DNA of 54,414 bases from the NCBI RefSeq assembly GCF_004010195.1, contig NW_025214900.1:1-54414 (forward strand), read 5' to 3'. Within the stretch, counting starts at the first letter, position 1. Each line of letters opens with the position of its first letter. The position numbers were made by a program, and so were the translations under genes. The notes below the pieces were generated by a model. The model did no database searches and was not told where the DNA came from. It saw only the letters and a program-made list of their open reading frames with translations. Below are positions 37,582 through 49,273 of this stretch, one piece after another. This stretch comes from Chiloscyllium plagiosum. Lineage: Eukaryota.

Positions 37582-37862
37582 GTCATAGAGTCATAAAGTC
37601 AGACATGTATAACATGGAAACAAACCCTTCAGTCCAACTTGTCAATATGAACCAAATATCCTAACCTAATCCAGTCCCATTTGCCAGCATTTGACCCATA
37701 TCCCTCTAAACTTGTCCTATTCATATATATCCATCCAGATCTGAAAATGTGTTGCTGGAAAAGCGCAGCAGGTCAGGCAGCATCCAGGGAACAGGAGAAT
37801 CGACGTTTCGGGCATAAGCCCTTCTTCAGGCTTATGCCCGAAACGTCGATTCTCCTGTTCCT
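37582..37862 (-). mobile_element. CR1 3' tail (37582-37740) abutting a family A PLE terminus/hairpin (37741-37862)
   Basis: Antisense CR1 tail followed by CTGAAAATGTGTTGCTGGAAAAGCGCAGCAGG...; short inverted arm 37829-37861. Confidence 0.85.
37802..37829 (-). ncRNA. Minimal hammerhead ribozyme motif (PLE type), intact
   Basis: Minus strand CTGAAGA-A-GGGC-TTAT-GCCC-GAAA-CG-TC; predicted cleavage between 37802 and 37801. Confidence 0.75.
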
Positions 37863-38959
37863 GAAGAGTTAGTTTTCCAAGGTAATGGAGCAAGAAAAGA
37901 AAAACAAAGCAACAAAAAAAAATGTGCCCAATGCAGGTGTGCTGCTTAGTGGAAAAGAAAGACTAAGAAACAAGAATCAAAATGAGGGCCAAGGTTTATG
38001 GTGTAAAGTTACTGAACTCAAATTCTGAATCCAGAAGACTGCTCTTTGCCTAATTGAACAATAAGGTACTGTTTCTGAAGCTGATGTTGAATCTCACTGC
38101 AGTAACCAAGGATAGAGAAGTCAGCATGAGACACTGAGAAGCCTCACTAAGAAAAATATAGCTTTGAGCCAAGTGATCATTCTTTTTAACTCTTCTCCCT
38201 AGATCTTGAGGTATTTGTACTTTCTTTCAATTTATTGGCACTAATATGGTCAGTGCTCCATAAATTATTATGTTAGTCTTCTAAAGTTGTAAGTATTACC
38301 TAACATTCTCTTTATTGTGTCATGGGATGTGGGCATCACTGCCAAGATTAGCAACAGTTACCCATCAACCAAATAATTTGCTGAACCATTTCAGAAGACA
38401 GTTCGGTCACATTACTGCAGATCTAGAGTTACATGTAGGCCAAAATTACAGATTTCCTTCCCTAAATGTCAGTAGACCTTTTTATCTATGGAATTTTCAT
38501 GGGACTTATTAAATTTTTATTCCATATTTTATTTATTGCCATGGTGGGATTGGAATCTGTGCCCAGACAGCCTGGGCCTTCAGATTGCTAGTCCAGTGAC
38601 ATGATCAGTCTGCCACCACATTCCCCCTTTTCTGATTTCTATGACCTTATTTGTGTTGAAATCAAGTTCTGTCATATTATCTGCTGCTCTTTCATTCCCA
38701 GGGCCTCAAAGCTATGGAATACCATATTGTCAATTGTCCTTTTTTTTTTAAAATCGACAATCAAAGGCATCTAAATCCCAATCTTAGTGGCACCTAATAA
38801 TTCCTACAGAAGCAGCTTATGCGGAACTTAACAATGGAAACTTGATGTATCTGGTACATCTAAACTTTGTTTTAATTGCCCAAGTAAGGTCAGTGTTCGT
38901 GAAAACATATGACAGGAGTTTCTTGCCATTTTGGAGAAACATCTCCTATTCTCTCCAAA

Positions 38960-39790
38960 AAGAACAGAAAATACTGAGAATACTTAGCAGGTCTGACAGT
39001 ATGTGTAAGAAGAGAAATGTCTGGTGTGAACTGGAAAAGGTTTGAGAATTAACATGTTTTAAAAAAGCAAAGGAAGAGGGAGTGGTACAGATAAAGAACC
39101 AAAGCGAGAGTTTGTGATAGGATGGAAAAGTGGCAAGATTATTTGATAAAGATGATGGTGGGAGGAAAAGGAAACAACAATGGGGCAATAAATAGAAGAA
39201 AAACTAATGGAAATAGTCGAACCATTAATAGCTACCATCCACAAAAACGCATGGTGCTGATTTGAAACTACTGAACTCAATGTTGAGTCCAGAAAACCGC
39301 AAAGCACCAGAGTGCAAAAAAGTGATATCTCTCAAGTTTACACTGAACTTCACTGTCACAGCATCGGAGGCTGACACCAGAGGGAGTTCAAAGCTGAGTT
39401 GGGAATTAAAATGATGAGCCACTGGAAACTCAGCATAATGCTTACAAACTGAACAGAATTGATCCACAAATCATCATCCAATTTGCATGAAATCTCCTAA
39501 CATAGAGGGGACCACCATGTAAGCAGCAAATACAGTATGCTAAATCAAAAGATTTGTTAAAAGCTAAATCAAAAAGGTTTGGAACCTAGGTCATGAGAAG
39601 GAGGGAGATAAAAAAGTGTGTTGTATCTACCGCATTTGTATGAGAAGGTGCCACCGGAGTGGTGTTTGAGGAGGGGAACAAGCTATCATGAAAAGAATGG
39701 TTCCTACAAACTGTTGAAAGGGAAAGGAATTTGGTGGTGGCATTAAGGTGGAGGTGCAGATTGGTTGCCGTGGTAGTTGAAAACATGATG
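38960..39790 (-). mobile_element. Old degenerate Penelope-like element
   Basis: Remnant KHYAEFPVAHHFNSQ...GALRFSGLNIEFSSF resembles the PLE GIY-YIG C-terminus (PVAxHFN...LxPxGLN). Confidence 0.7.
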
Positions 39791-42039
39791 ACGACTATCA
39801 TCATTCTTATATGGTCTCAGACCTGCACGGTATTACAGCATTATAATCTTAGTTAATGACAAGTCTATGAAAGGTGAACTTGAACGAGATATATTTTATC
39901 TGGCCAAACTGATAATCCTATACAGATGAACAAGATAAGCTATTAAAATAATATGCACAGTTAGGGAAGATAGAGTTACTGCTTTACTAAATTTTAAGAC
40001 AAAAATAAAGCCAGAAATAGGCATTCCACTGTGTGGTTCCAAATTCACATAGCCTACCTTCATTTTTTAAAATCTTGGTGATACCCTGCCAGACATGCCA
40101 TGAACCAATGATAAGGTTTTAAGAAAAGAAAATATACTTTAGTATGCTTTGAGGTAACCTACTGTTGAGTGCTTCAAACAGATTTTGAATTATTGATTAT
40201 ATTTGTCCTCAGTCATTGTGGAATCATCAGGCCAAAGTTCTCCAGGCACGGAAAGCATTTTATTCTGTTTTGAACTCAGTCAAATTAAGCAACAAGATTA
40301 AAATCATCTTTACATTAAAACTCTCTTTATAATCTGCAAAGCTTTAAAACTGGAACAATTAAATTAGTCTAGCAGTAAAACCATTCTTTAAAAAGTCACT
40401 AAAGCAAATACGAGCATAGTCAATCCCCAGAAGAATTTAAAGCTGCAACAAATAAAATGTTTGCAAAAATTGTGAACTAAATCTTGGGTGTAGAGTGTAC
40501 ACATTACTTCTGAGCACAACCAAGTTTTGCCATTCATTAGATAGAATGATAGACTTTGTACAAATATAGTGAAGATTAGTGTCTCATGACCTGTATCTTC
40601 CATTAACCATAAATCTACATATATTCGTACATCCACATATAATAAACTATTAATAAAAGAGTTACTCATGATTAAATTGAAAATTTTTGTCAATTGGCTC
40701 ATTCTCTTGCCCTTTTTTAAAAGGCATAACGTTCAATTGCTTGAGCTCCAGTTAACTCTTTAATATCTCATTCAAGTCACCATTTTTGATGCATCAGAGA
40801 AGACTGGGACTGCTGGAACTTCATGTGACCACTAGATGGAATCACAGTTGAGCTACCATCCATGCATACATACTTTCTTCCAATAAGGGTTATTGGACGC
40901 AAGTAAAAACACTGATTCATTTTTCCATCTCGAAACCACTTAGGTACAGTTCAGTTGCAATCCAACTACTCCACCCATACCCCCGACCAAAACAACTCAC
41001 ACTTACATACATAACATTCTTCACAGGAACATTAATCAGACAAAGCTTGCATCCAAGTCACTTAAAAGGATACTACGACATATGACATAAAGCTTAGTCA
41101 AAGAATAGGTTGTTGGGAGGATATTAGGAAAGGAGATAGATGTGTAGGAATTTAGAGATCTAGACAGAGAATTCCAAAGTTAAAAGGCCAAGTTAGCTGG
41201 TGCGGCCATTGAAGTCAGAAATACATAGGTTCAAGTTGGTGGAACGCAAAGACTTTGGTGATTTTAGAGTTTTAAACCTTAGGGAATTCACTGATCAGAG
41301 ACATGTCTGAACCTTCCAATTGTAATGTTTAAAACCAAAAACGTCAGGCATCTATTCTCCAATGTTTAAACAGTGTGCATTTGGCCATGCTAAATGAGAT
41401 GGCCAAAACCACTGTGTATGAGATAGTTACAATAACAAGGGTGAAGATAAGAGGAACAAGCTTAAGGAAGACAGTATTAAAGCTGAGAAATAGCATGAAG
41501 AGGTCAGATATTTCTATGTGTTGGAGTTAACAAAGCTGGAAGATACAGTATACAGCAAATTCAGTAAACAGATGCAGGAAATCAGCAACAGTTCAAAATA
41601 AAAAGAAACTAGGTAAAAACACTTTTACAGAGCAATAAAGAAAAATCAGTAAAAGAGAAATAAAATAATTCTCAGACAATAAAGAACTGGTTGGGAGGAT
41701 GAGCTGAAAGGAGGATGCAGACATATTTCGGTATGATTTGGAAGTTGAGTGAGTGGGTAAATAAATGGCACATTTATTCTTAGTTCTCTTTGTGGGATGT
41801 GGGTGTCTGGCCAGCATTGAATGCCAATCTGAGCTCCCTTCGAGAATATGACAGCGAGCTGCCTTCTTGAACTAATGCAGTCAGTCCAAGTATTGTAGGG
41901 AGATCCACAATGACGTTACAGAGGTAATTCCAAGATCCCAAATTAGTGATACTGAAGGAACAGCAATATATTTGGAAGTCAGGATGCTGAATGGCTTAGA
42001 GGGGAACTTGCAGGTACAATGTGGATAAATGTGAGGATA

Positions 42040-42310
42040 CAAATAGGACATTTCAGACAGAGATGAGGAGAAATTTCCTCACCCAGACAGTGGGGAGTTG
42101 GTGGAATTCTCTGCCACAGTAAGCAGTGGAGGCCAAAACATAGAATATTTTCAAGGAGGAATTAGATGTAGTTCTTAGGACTCGAAGATTCAAAAGGTAT
42201 AGGAAGAAAATAGGGTCAGGGTATTAAGTTGGGTGATCAATCATGATCATACTGAATTGCAGAGCAGACACAAAGTGTCAAGTGGCCTAATCCTGCTTCT
42301 ATTTTCTATA
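42040..42310 (+). mobile_element. CR1 3' fragment
   Basis: GATGAGGAGAAATTTCCTCACCCAGACAGTGGGGAGTTGGTGGAATTCTCTGCC (RRNFFTQRV..WNSLP-like). Confidence 0.75.
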
Positions 42311-42749
42311 TTTTGACATTTTAACTCCAAAAATAAATTAAAAACACATTAAGAATTAACCAGAGGCAGAAAGGAGAAGAATCAGAGGAAATGGATATTC
42401 AAAAAAGACAGGAAGAGGTAACAAAAACAGCCAGACAAAAGGAGAACTAAAAGTAAAATTTTCATGGCAGTAATTTGAACATATCATGTTGAAGAATCTG
42501 TAACCTGGGTAAAATAATTATTTACTAGATCCTTAAAACAATCAATATTCTTTTGGGGCAAAACTTTGTGTACAGCACAAAAATGTTAAATTTAAATTGT
42601 GCAGCCCAGAGTGAAGATTGAAAGGGGAGAGAGTTGTCGAGCTGCAAAGTGTGAAGGAAGGGAGAGCATTACAAAGTTTAAACTAACCATTTTAAAACTA
42701 GGTTTGACCTGAAGAAAAAAGTGAAGGACCATATTTTTGCAGGCTGTGG

Positions 42750-42921
42750 TTGCAACAATGATAACTCAGCAAACAGACTAATAAGCCATGCCTGCTGATA
42801 AAGATAAAAAGCAGAAGCATTTAAAAAGGGACTGGCGGCAGTCAAAGCTCAGTCCCAGCTCTTCAGCTGCCATTGCTGCTTCAGAATTTACAACCTTAAA
42901 ATCTCAAATCAGCAAGTAATT
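42750..42921 (+). promoter_or_regulatory. Candidate tissue-specific promoter and short first exon
   Basis: TTTAAAA at 42820, Inr TCAGTCC (A42851, +31), three WGATAA sites, AACAAT, TCAGCA/TGCTGA half-sites upstream; possible donor CAA|GTAATT at 42916. Confidence 0.4.
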
Positions 42922-43172
42922 TTATGAATTCCACAGAGTAAATTAATTTGTTGTATGTTGTCATCTCAATTTGTTTAATTCTACAGCAAAGCATTATAAT
43001 GCAGGAGGGACTTTTTGAGTATCTGTTAGAGGGTACCTAAACTCATCAATGCATTTGAATCTTTGGTTAGACCTATTGTTTTATTATTGAGACCACAATG
43101 TCATGGCTTAACTAGAATTATCAAGTGAACAAAAGCACCAAGATTATCATGAGGATTAAGTGATTTACTGTG

Positions 43173-43390
43173 ATTTGGAGATGCTGGTGTTGAACTGGGG
43201 TGTACAAAGTTAAAAATCACACAACACCAGGTTATAGTCCAACAGGTTTAATTGGAAGCACACTAGCTTTTGGAGCGTTGATCCTTCATCAGGTGGTAGT
43301 CACGTGATGAAGGAGCGACGCTCAGAAAGCTAGTGTGCTTCCAATTAAACCTGTTGGACTATAATCTGGTGTTGTGTGATTTTTAACTTG
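43173..43390. mobile_element. PLE-derived inverted-repeat insertion with two decayed hammerheads, family B
   Basis: About 90-bp inverted arms; left (minus) CAC-CTGATGA-A-GGATC-AAC-GCTCC-AAAA-GC-TA-GTG; right CAC-GTGATGA-A-GGAGC-GAC-GCTCA-GAAA-GC-TA-GTG; TSD GATTT(A/G)CTGTG at 43162-43172 and 43391-43401. Confidence 0.9.
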
Positions 43391-44709
43391 GATTTGCTGT
43401 GGATTGTCATCCCATATTGCCATGTGTAGTGTAAATTGAAATAAACAAGAAACTGCAGACACATAACATCTTTAATAGAGCAAAATGTGCTAAGGCAGAT
43501 CACAAAAGCATTCAGCAGACAAAAGTTTGGTACTAAGTCACATTAGAACAGTTCAAAGAGATAAGCTGCAAGATGCATGTTAAAGAAGGGGGAGGTGGAG
43601 AGAAGGAATTCTCGAGGTTAGGGATTAGGCAGCTGAAGACATGGTCATCAATATGAAGTGAAGAAAATAGGAGATGTACAAAAGACTGAAATTCGAAGAG
43701 CATGGGGATTTAAGATTTATAAGGTTTATAGAAATTAGAGGCTGCAATTGGGAGGGGCGATGTTGAGCATTGCTGCATAGGGGGCCAATAGTTTGAGCAT
43801 TGGGTGATGAGTAAGAGGAACTAGGCACAATTTATGACCTTGGTAGAGATTTGGATAAACTTGAGGCTACCTCTATTTGTGCATCACCTTTCATTACCTC
43901 AGTTAACTTTAAAGCACTTTGGATGTCCATGTATTTCAATTTTGTTTGATAGCTCCTGAGGCAAGCACATTTTAGTAACTAAATTAACTAGAATGAAAAC
44001 AAATCCCTTGTCACAAAACAACAAAATATTGTTCACCAACAAAATATGGCCTAATTTTCACAATACACTCATTTGGTGTATTGCTACTAATCGAAGGTGA
44101 ACGATTAGAATGAAATTACATAATAAAAGTTGCTGAAGAGACCCACATTGCTGAAGCTTTTCATTTTACACTTTAATGAACAAAATGCAAAAACATCAAA
44201 TTTTAAATGATCGCAACAATTTATACTACAGGAAGAATAGGTGCTAGTTGGCATGTTGATTGACTTGAATTGGTTGAAGCATTGACATGAAGGAAACAAT
44301 AGGGAATTGTAGGCTCCAAAAGCTTCTTGGTAATTTAAAAAAGGTTCAAGACTTCACCATATTTCTTTTGGTTGCATTGAACAAGACCCTTAAGTGAATG
44401 TATGCTACTTCTAACTAGCATAAAAGATTCAAATTGACAAGCTCAATTGATTATCTTAAATTGGCTGTCAGTGTAATTATTAGCACACTCTGTATTGTTC
44501 AGCAAGTGTTGAACATAAAACACCATGCCTCAATTATGTGGGAGACAAAATTTGGAGAGATGGCAGCATCCCATGAGTGAAAAATAATACATTTGTAGCC
44601 ACAGTATTGAAGCAGCTTGAAATAGCTTCCGTGGAACAACGTAAATGTCAGTGCTAGTGTGTACCTAAACCATAAATACCAGTTGATCAAACAATATGTT
44701 CTTTAACTG

Positions 44710-45745
44710 AAAACAACAAATGCTGGAGATCACAGTGGATCAGGCAGCATCCATGTTTCGAGTCTAGATGACTCTTCATAAGAGCTGAAGTGAAGGTGGA
44801 GGGAGCAGCATTTATGCAATAATGGGAGTGTGGGATGGTGGGGAAAAGATGTTGATAGTTTAGATTAAGTGATCAGACTGTGAGAATGGCAGAACAATGG
44901 TGTGTTTAACTGCCAGACTAGAAAGAGCAGACAGTCCCATTGGGGTGTGGAGAGGGGAGAGAGAATTTGGTGACGGAGAATGTAACATGCAAAGCTAAAA
45001 GATAGAGAACGAATGAGAGTTGGTTCACAATTTGAAGGTGTTGAACTCAACACTGTATTAATTCCAGAAGGTTGTAAAATGTCTAATCTGAACAGGACAT
45101 GTTGTTCCTCCAATTTGAGCTGTGTATCACTAGAACATTGCAGCATTCTGAGGACAAACAAGTGGGAATGCAAGCAGGATGCTGTGTTAAAGTGACAGGC
45201 AATGGGAAGGTCGGGGTCATGCTCGTGTGCTAACTGGAGATGTTCTGCAAGACAGTCACACAGTCTGCATTTGGTTTCTCCAATGTAGAGTCTGCCACAC
45301 TGGGTGCAGTGAATGCGATATACAAGATTGGAGGAGATATAGATGAGCAGGGAGGAGTTGAAGGAGCAGGATTTGCAACATCTGCAGTTACATGGGAAGG
45401 GGCTGCTGGGGGTGTTAGTGGTCATAGAATGGACTAGAATTGCCCAGAGGAACAATCCCTGCGAAATGCAGTAGGGGGAGTGACGGTAAGACGTGTTTGG
45501 TTGTGGCGTCCTGCTGGAGTTGTCTGAAATTACATAGTAGGATCCTTTCAATACGAAGACTGGTAGGATGGAAAGTGAGGACGAGGGGGAGCCGATCACA
45601 CTGTTAGGAGTCATGAGAAGGGGCAAGGGCGGAAGCACAGGTGATATATCGGTTGGATGTGGTTGATGGTCTTGTCAACCACAGTGGGCAGGAAACCAGT
45701 TATGGAAGAAGGAAGCCATGTCAGCAGCACTGTTTTGGAAGGTGA
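44710..45745 (-). mobile_element. Penelope-like element (Neptune-like): Cys-rich linker, GIY-YIG endonuclease, 3' terminus
   Basis: ORF 44865-45638 FPCNCRCCKSC...NLVYRIHCTQCGRLYIGETKCRL...EH...PIACHFN...KLEEQHVLFRLDILQPSGIN; decayed hammerhead CTTATGA-A-GAGTC-ATCTA-GACTC-GAAA at 44756-44782. Confidence 0.92.
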
Positions 45746-45779
45746 AGTTTATTTGTGATAGGTAAAGTACAGGTAATGT

Positions 45780-46215
45780 GCAATCAGTTCAAACTCAAAG
45801 TCCAAAACAAAACATTTACTGCTAAATGTGATTCTGCAATTGACAAGCATTTGCTGAACAATCCTGATTGCTAATAACTAAACAACCAACCAAGTTAAGA
45901 TATTCAATCTGACAATTTGGCTAATTTATGTTTGTTAGAAGGAACACGCATTCATATGTGTGAGTCTGTTTCCTGCAAACAAGGATTATGTTCAAGCCTC
46001 ATTTTTTTTTCCTCTAAAATTACGAGGGAGTTTGGGGAATCTAGACTTTCTTGATGCTTCTTCTATGGCAGCACCTTGGCCAATCAGCCGACTTACCAAC
46101 CAGTTAACTTCTCACGGAGTATAAATTGTTGAGTTTTGCAAATTTCTAACAACTATGTTTGTCCTACTGAATCCAAGACAAAAAGCTTCAACAACTTGTC
46201 TTTCCTTTGGCAAAA
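45780..46215 (+). mobile_element. Decayed second PLE lineage (Poseidon-like EN C-terminus and terminus)
   Basis: Translation SAIDKHLLNNPDC and later LLEGTRIH...SCKQ; 3' CCTACTGAATCCAAGACAAAAAGCTTC may be an eroded hammerhead with an AAGCTT palindrome. Confidence 0.55.
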
Positions 46216-46399
46216 TTCAAGTTCTAATCTACTAAACTTCCCTCTCCAAGTTTCCATTCAAGAATCTATGTTCATTAGCCGATATTGTCAAAGTGCGCTG
46301 CATCTGTTTTTAACTTTGCATATATTAGTTTTTTTGCAGGAATAAGTTTAGCCTGGGGAAAAGATTGGAATTATGAATCAGCACTTGATTTTTTAAAAA

Positions 46400-48350
46400 A
46401 AATTCATCAATGGGATGTGAACGCCATTAGTTGGACCAGCATTTATTGCCGATCCCCGATTACTCTGAATAATTTGTTTGTGAGTTGTCTTTTTGGACTG
46501 CTACAATCTTTAGGAAACCCATCGTCCTGTTTGGAAGTGTGTTCCAAGGTTTTATTCCAGCAACTGTAAATGAATAATAACAGTAATCATTGGTCAGAAA
46601 CAGTAATCATTGGAAGAACTCAGCAGGTTTGGCAGTATCTGTGTCCAATAACTTCTTCAGAACTTGAAACATTAACTCTGCTTTCTTTCCACAGATGCTG
46701 CCAGAGCCACTTTCTCCAGCAATTTGTGTTTTTTTTTCAGATCTTCAGTTCTTTCTTCTCTTTTCTTTGTTTTATTTTAGTTCCAGGTCAGGATGATACA
46801 TAGCTTGGAGGGGAACTTGTAGCTGGTATACTCATGCACTTTCTGACTTGTTATTGTGTTAGTAAAGGTTCCATGTTTGGAAGGTGCTGTTACAGGAGGT
46901 GGTCTTGGTGAGTCACTGCAGATGGTACACACTGCTATCATGATGCACATTGGGGAAATGAGGGAACATCCGAAAAACAGTCAAGTTTCTTGAGTGTTGT
47001 TGGAGCTGTATTTATCCAGGAAATTGAAGAATATTTGTTCCCCACTTGTGCCTGGTAGATAGCAGATTGACACTGGGGAGACAGGAGGGGAATTACTCAC
47101 CCCAAAATGTCTAGCATCTGTCCTGTGCTTGTAGCCAAAGTATTTATCGGGCCATCCGGTCTTGATACCCATTTCACAATGGGGTATTTAGCAAAAGGCA
47201 ATGCCATTGAATATCAAGGTGAGATGGTTAGATCTTCTCTAGTTGCAGTTGTTACTTGATACTTATCAACCCAAGCCTGAATATTATCCAGGTTTGTTGC
47301 ATGTGAACATGGACTGCTTTGGTATCTGAGGAATTGTGAATGGTGCTGAACATTATGCAAATCAACAGCAAACATCCTCTCTTCTGCTCTTATGATGGAT
47401 GGAAGGTCATCAAAGAAGCAGCTCAACCTACAGGGAACTTCCTCCCCCTTCACCCCATCCCTCCTGATTCTTATTGAAAATCAATTATTTTGCTAGGGCT
47501 CCTTGATTCTGTACTCATTCAAATGTAGTCTTGATGTCAAAGACAGTGACTCTCACTTTACCTCTTCCGTTTAGCTCTTTTGTTCATGTTTGGACCAATG
47601 CTGTAATGAGGTCAGGAGCTTAGTTTTCCAAGCAGAACCTAAACTGAGCATCAGTGAATAGAGTATTGTTTTGCAAGTGCTGCTTGACAGCGCTGTCAAA
47701 AGACATCTTCCATCACTTCACTGATAATTTAGATCAGACAGATAAATTCAACCTGACCAATTTATCCTGATTGGTGTATGTGCAGGATATACCTCAGCAA
47801 TTTTTCCATATTGTTGGATAGATGCCTAGTTGTAGCTGTACTGGAACAGCTTGGCTAGGGACATGGCTAGTTCATAAGAACAAGTCATCAGTACTATTGC
47901 TAGTAATTCTGTCAAGACTCATATCCTCAACAGTATCCATAGAACATAGAACAGTACAGCACAGAACAGGCCCTTCAGCCCACGATGTTGTGCCGACCAC
48001 TGATCCTCATGTATGCACCCTCAAATTTCTGTGAACATATGTATGTCGAGGAGTCTCTTAAATGTCCCCAATTACCCTGCCTCCACAACTGCTGCTGGCA
48101 ACGCATTCCATGCTCTCACAACTCTCTGTGTAAAGAACCCACCTCTGACATCCCCTCTATACTTTCCTTCAACCAGCTTAAAACTATGACACCTCATGTT
48201 AGTCATTTCTGCCCTGGGAAATAGTCTCTGGCTATTGTCTTTAGTGGTTGAAGACTGGCATCTGTGATACTCTAAACCTTAGGAAGAGGCAGAGATGGTG
48301 TATCCACTTGGCGTTTACAGCTGAACATGGACGCAAATACTTTGACCTTA
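46400..48350 (-). mobile_element. Degenerate LINE (same family as 16090-17660), interrupted by a family C PLE pair (about 46600-46780) and a CR1 tail (47940-48235)
   Basis: ORF remnant FFDDLPSIIRAEERMFAVD...LDNIQAWVDKYQVT (FADD-region RT); CR1 tail AGAACATAGAACAGTACAGCACAG. Confidence 0.7.
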
Positions 48351-49273
48351 TCATTTGCTGGGCTCCTCCATCACTGACCATGGGGAGGTTTGTAAAGCTC
48401 TCTTAATGTTGGCATATGTTGGTCAGGAGAACTTTGCAGGGTCAACAGAGTTGTGTTTACCATTACTTCTGAGATCGAGGTCAATGCTAGGTGGTCTGCC
48501 CAGTTTTATCTTTTCATGGACATTTGAGCAGTTTGATAAAAATGTGCGTCTTACTAGGCCATTTCAGAGGCCAGCTAAGAGTCCATCACATTGCTTTTGG
48601 TTCTGGAGTCACACATATCCTCACCAGGTAAGGATGGCAAAACGTCCTTCCATTAAAGAACAATAGTGAAACAGATGGTTTTGTGAAAATCAACACTCAC
48701 CATTGGACTAGGTTTTGTTTGCAGATTTCATGGATTTCAAAATGCAACATCTACCATGCCAGGATTTGAATCTATGCCCCAAAACATTAGTCTTTGCTGT
48801 AGATTACTAGTCCAGTGACTTTACCATTAAGTCACCACCTAGGCCCAAACTTTAAAAAGCTGTTCCTCATCATATCACAAAAGCTCTGAACATGCATCTC
48901 GATGGGTCAATTAAGGTGTATTGTTGTGCATTGTAGTATATCCACACCTCTGGGCCAGGGGTTCTGGGTTCAAGTCCCATGCTAGGGCTTGTTAGCCATG
49001 AAAGATGTAACTGGAACATAATCTATCTGACTATCAGCCTGTAAATCTTTCCAATATGGCAGGCAGTAACCAGAAGAGTTTCCTAGTCAGCCAAATTGCA
49101 GAAGGCAATGGTAAACTACTGCAGTGCATTGTCCATAAACATGGAAGTTTATGGCCCAACCCTTGGAAATACGGATCAGGAGTAAAGACAGACAATTGTG
49201 ATGTCAAGATAGAGAAGATAGGAAGGAAGGTCACTGGTTCAGTCATTAGAATGCACTGGTTGCTAACAGAGCA

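Noticed and set aside
1300..43390. Interpretation of the inverted-repeat elements as MITEs or DNA transposons
   Set aside because: Variable-length TSDs, variable arm ends and sequence identity with termini of RT/GIY-YIG-bearing PLEs
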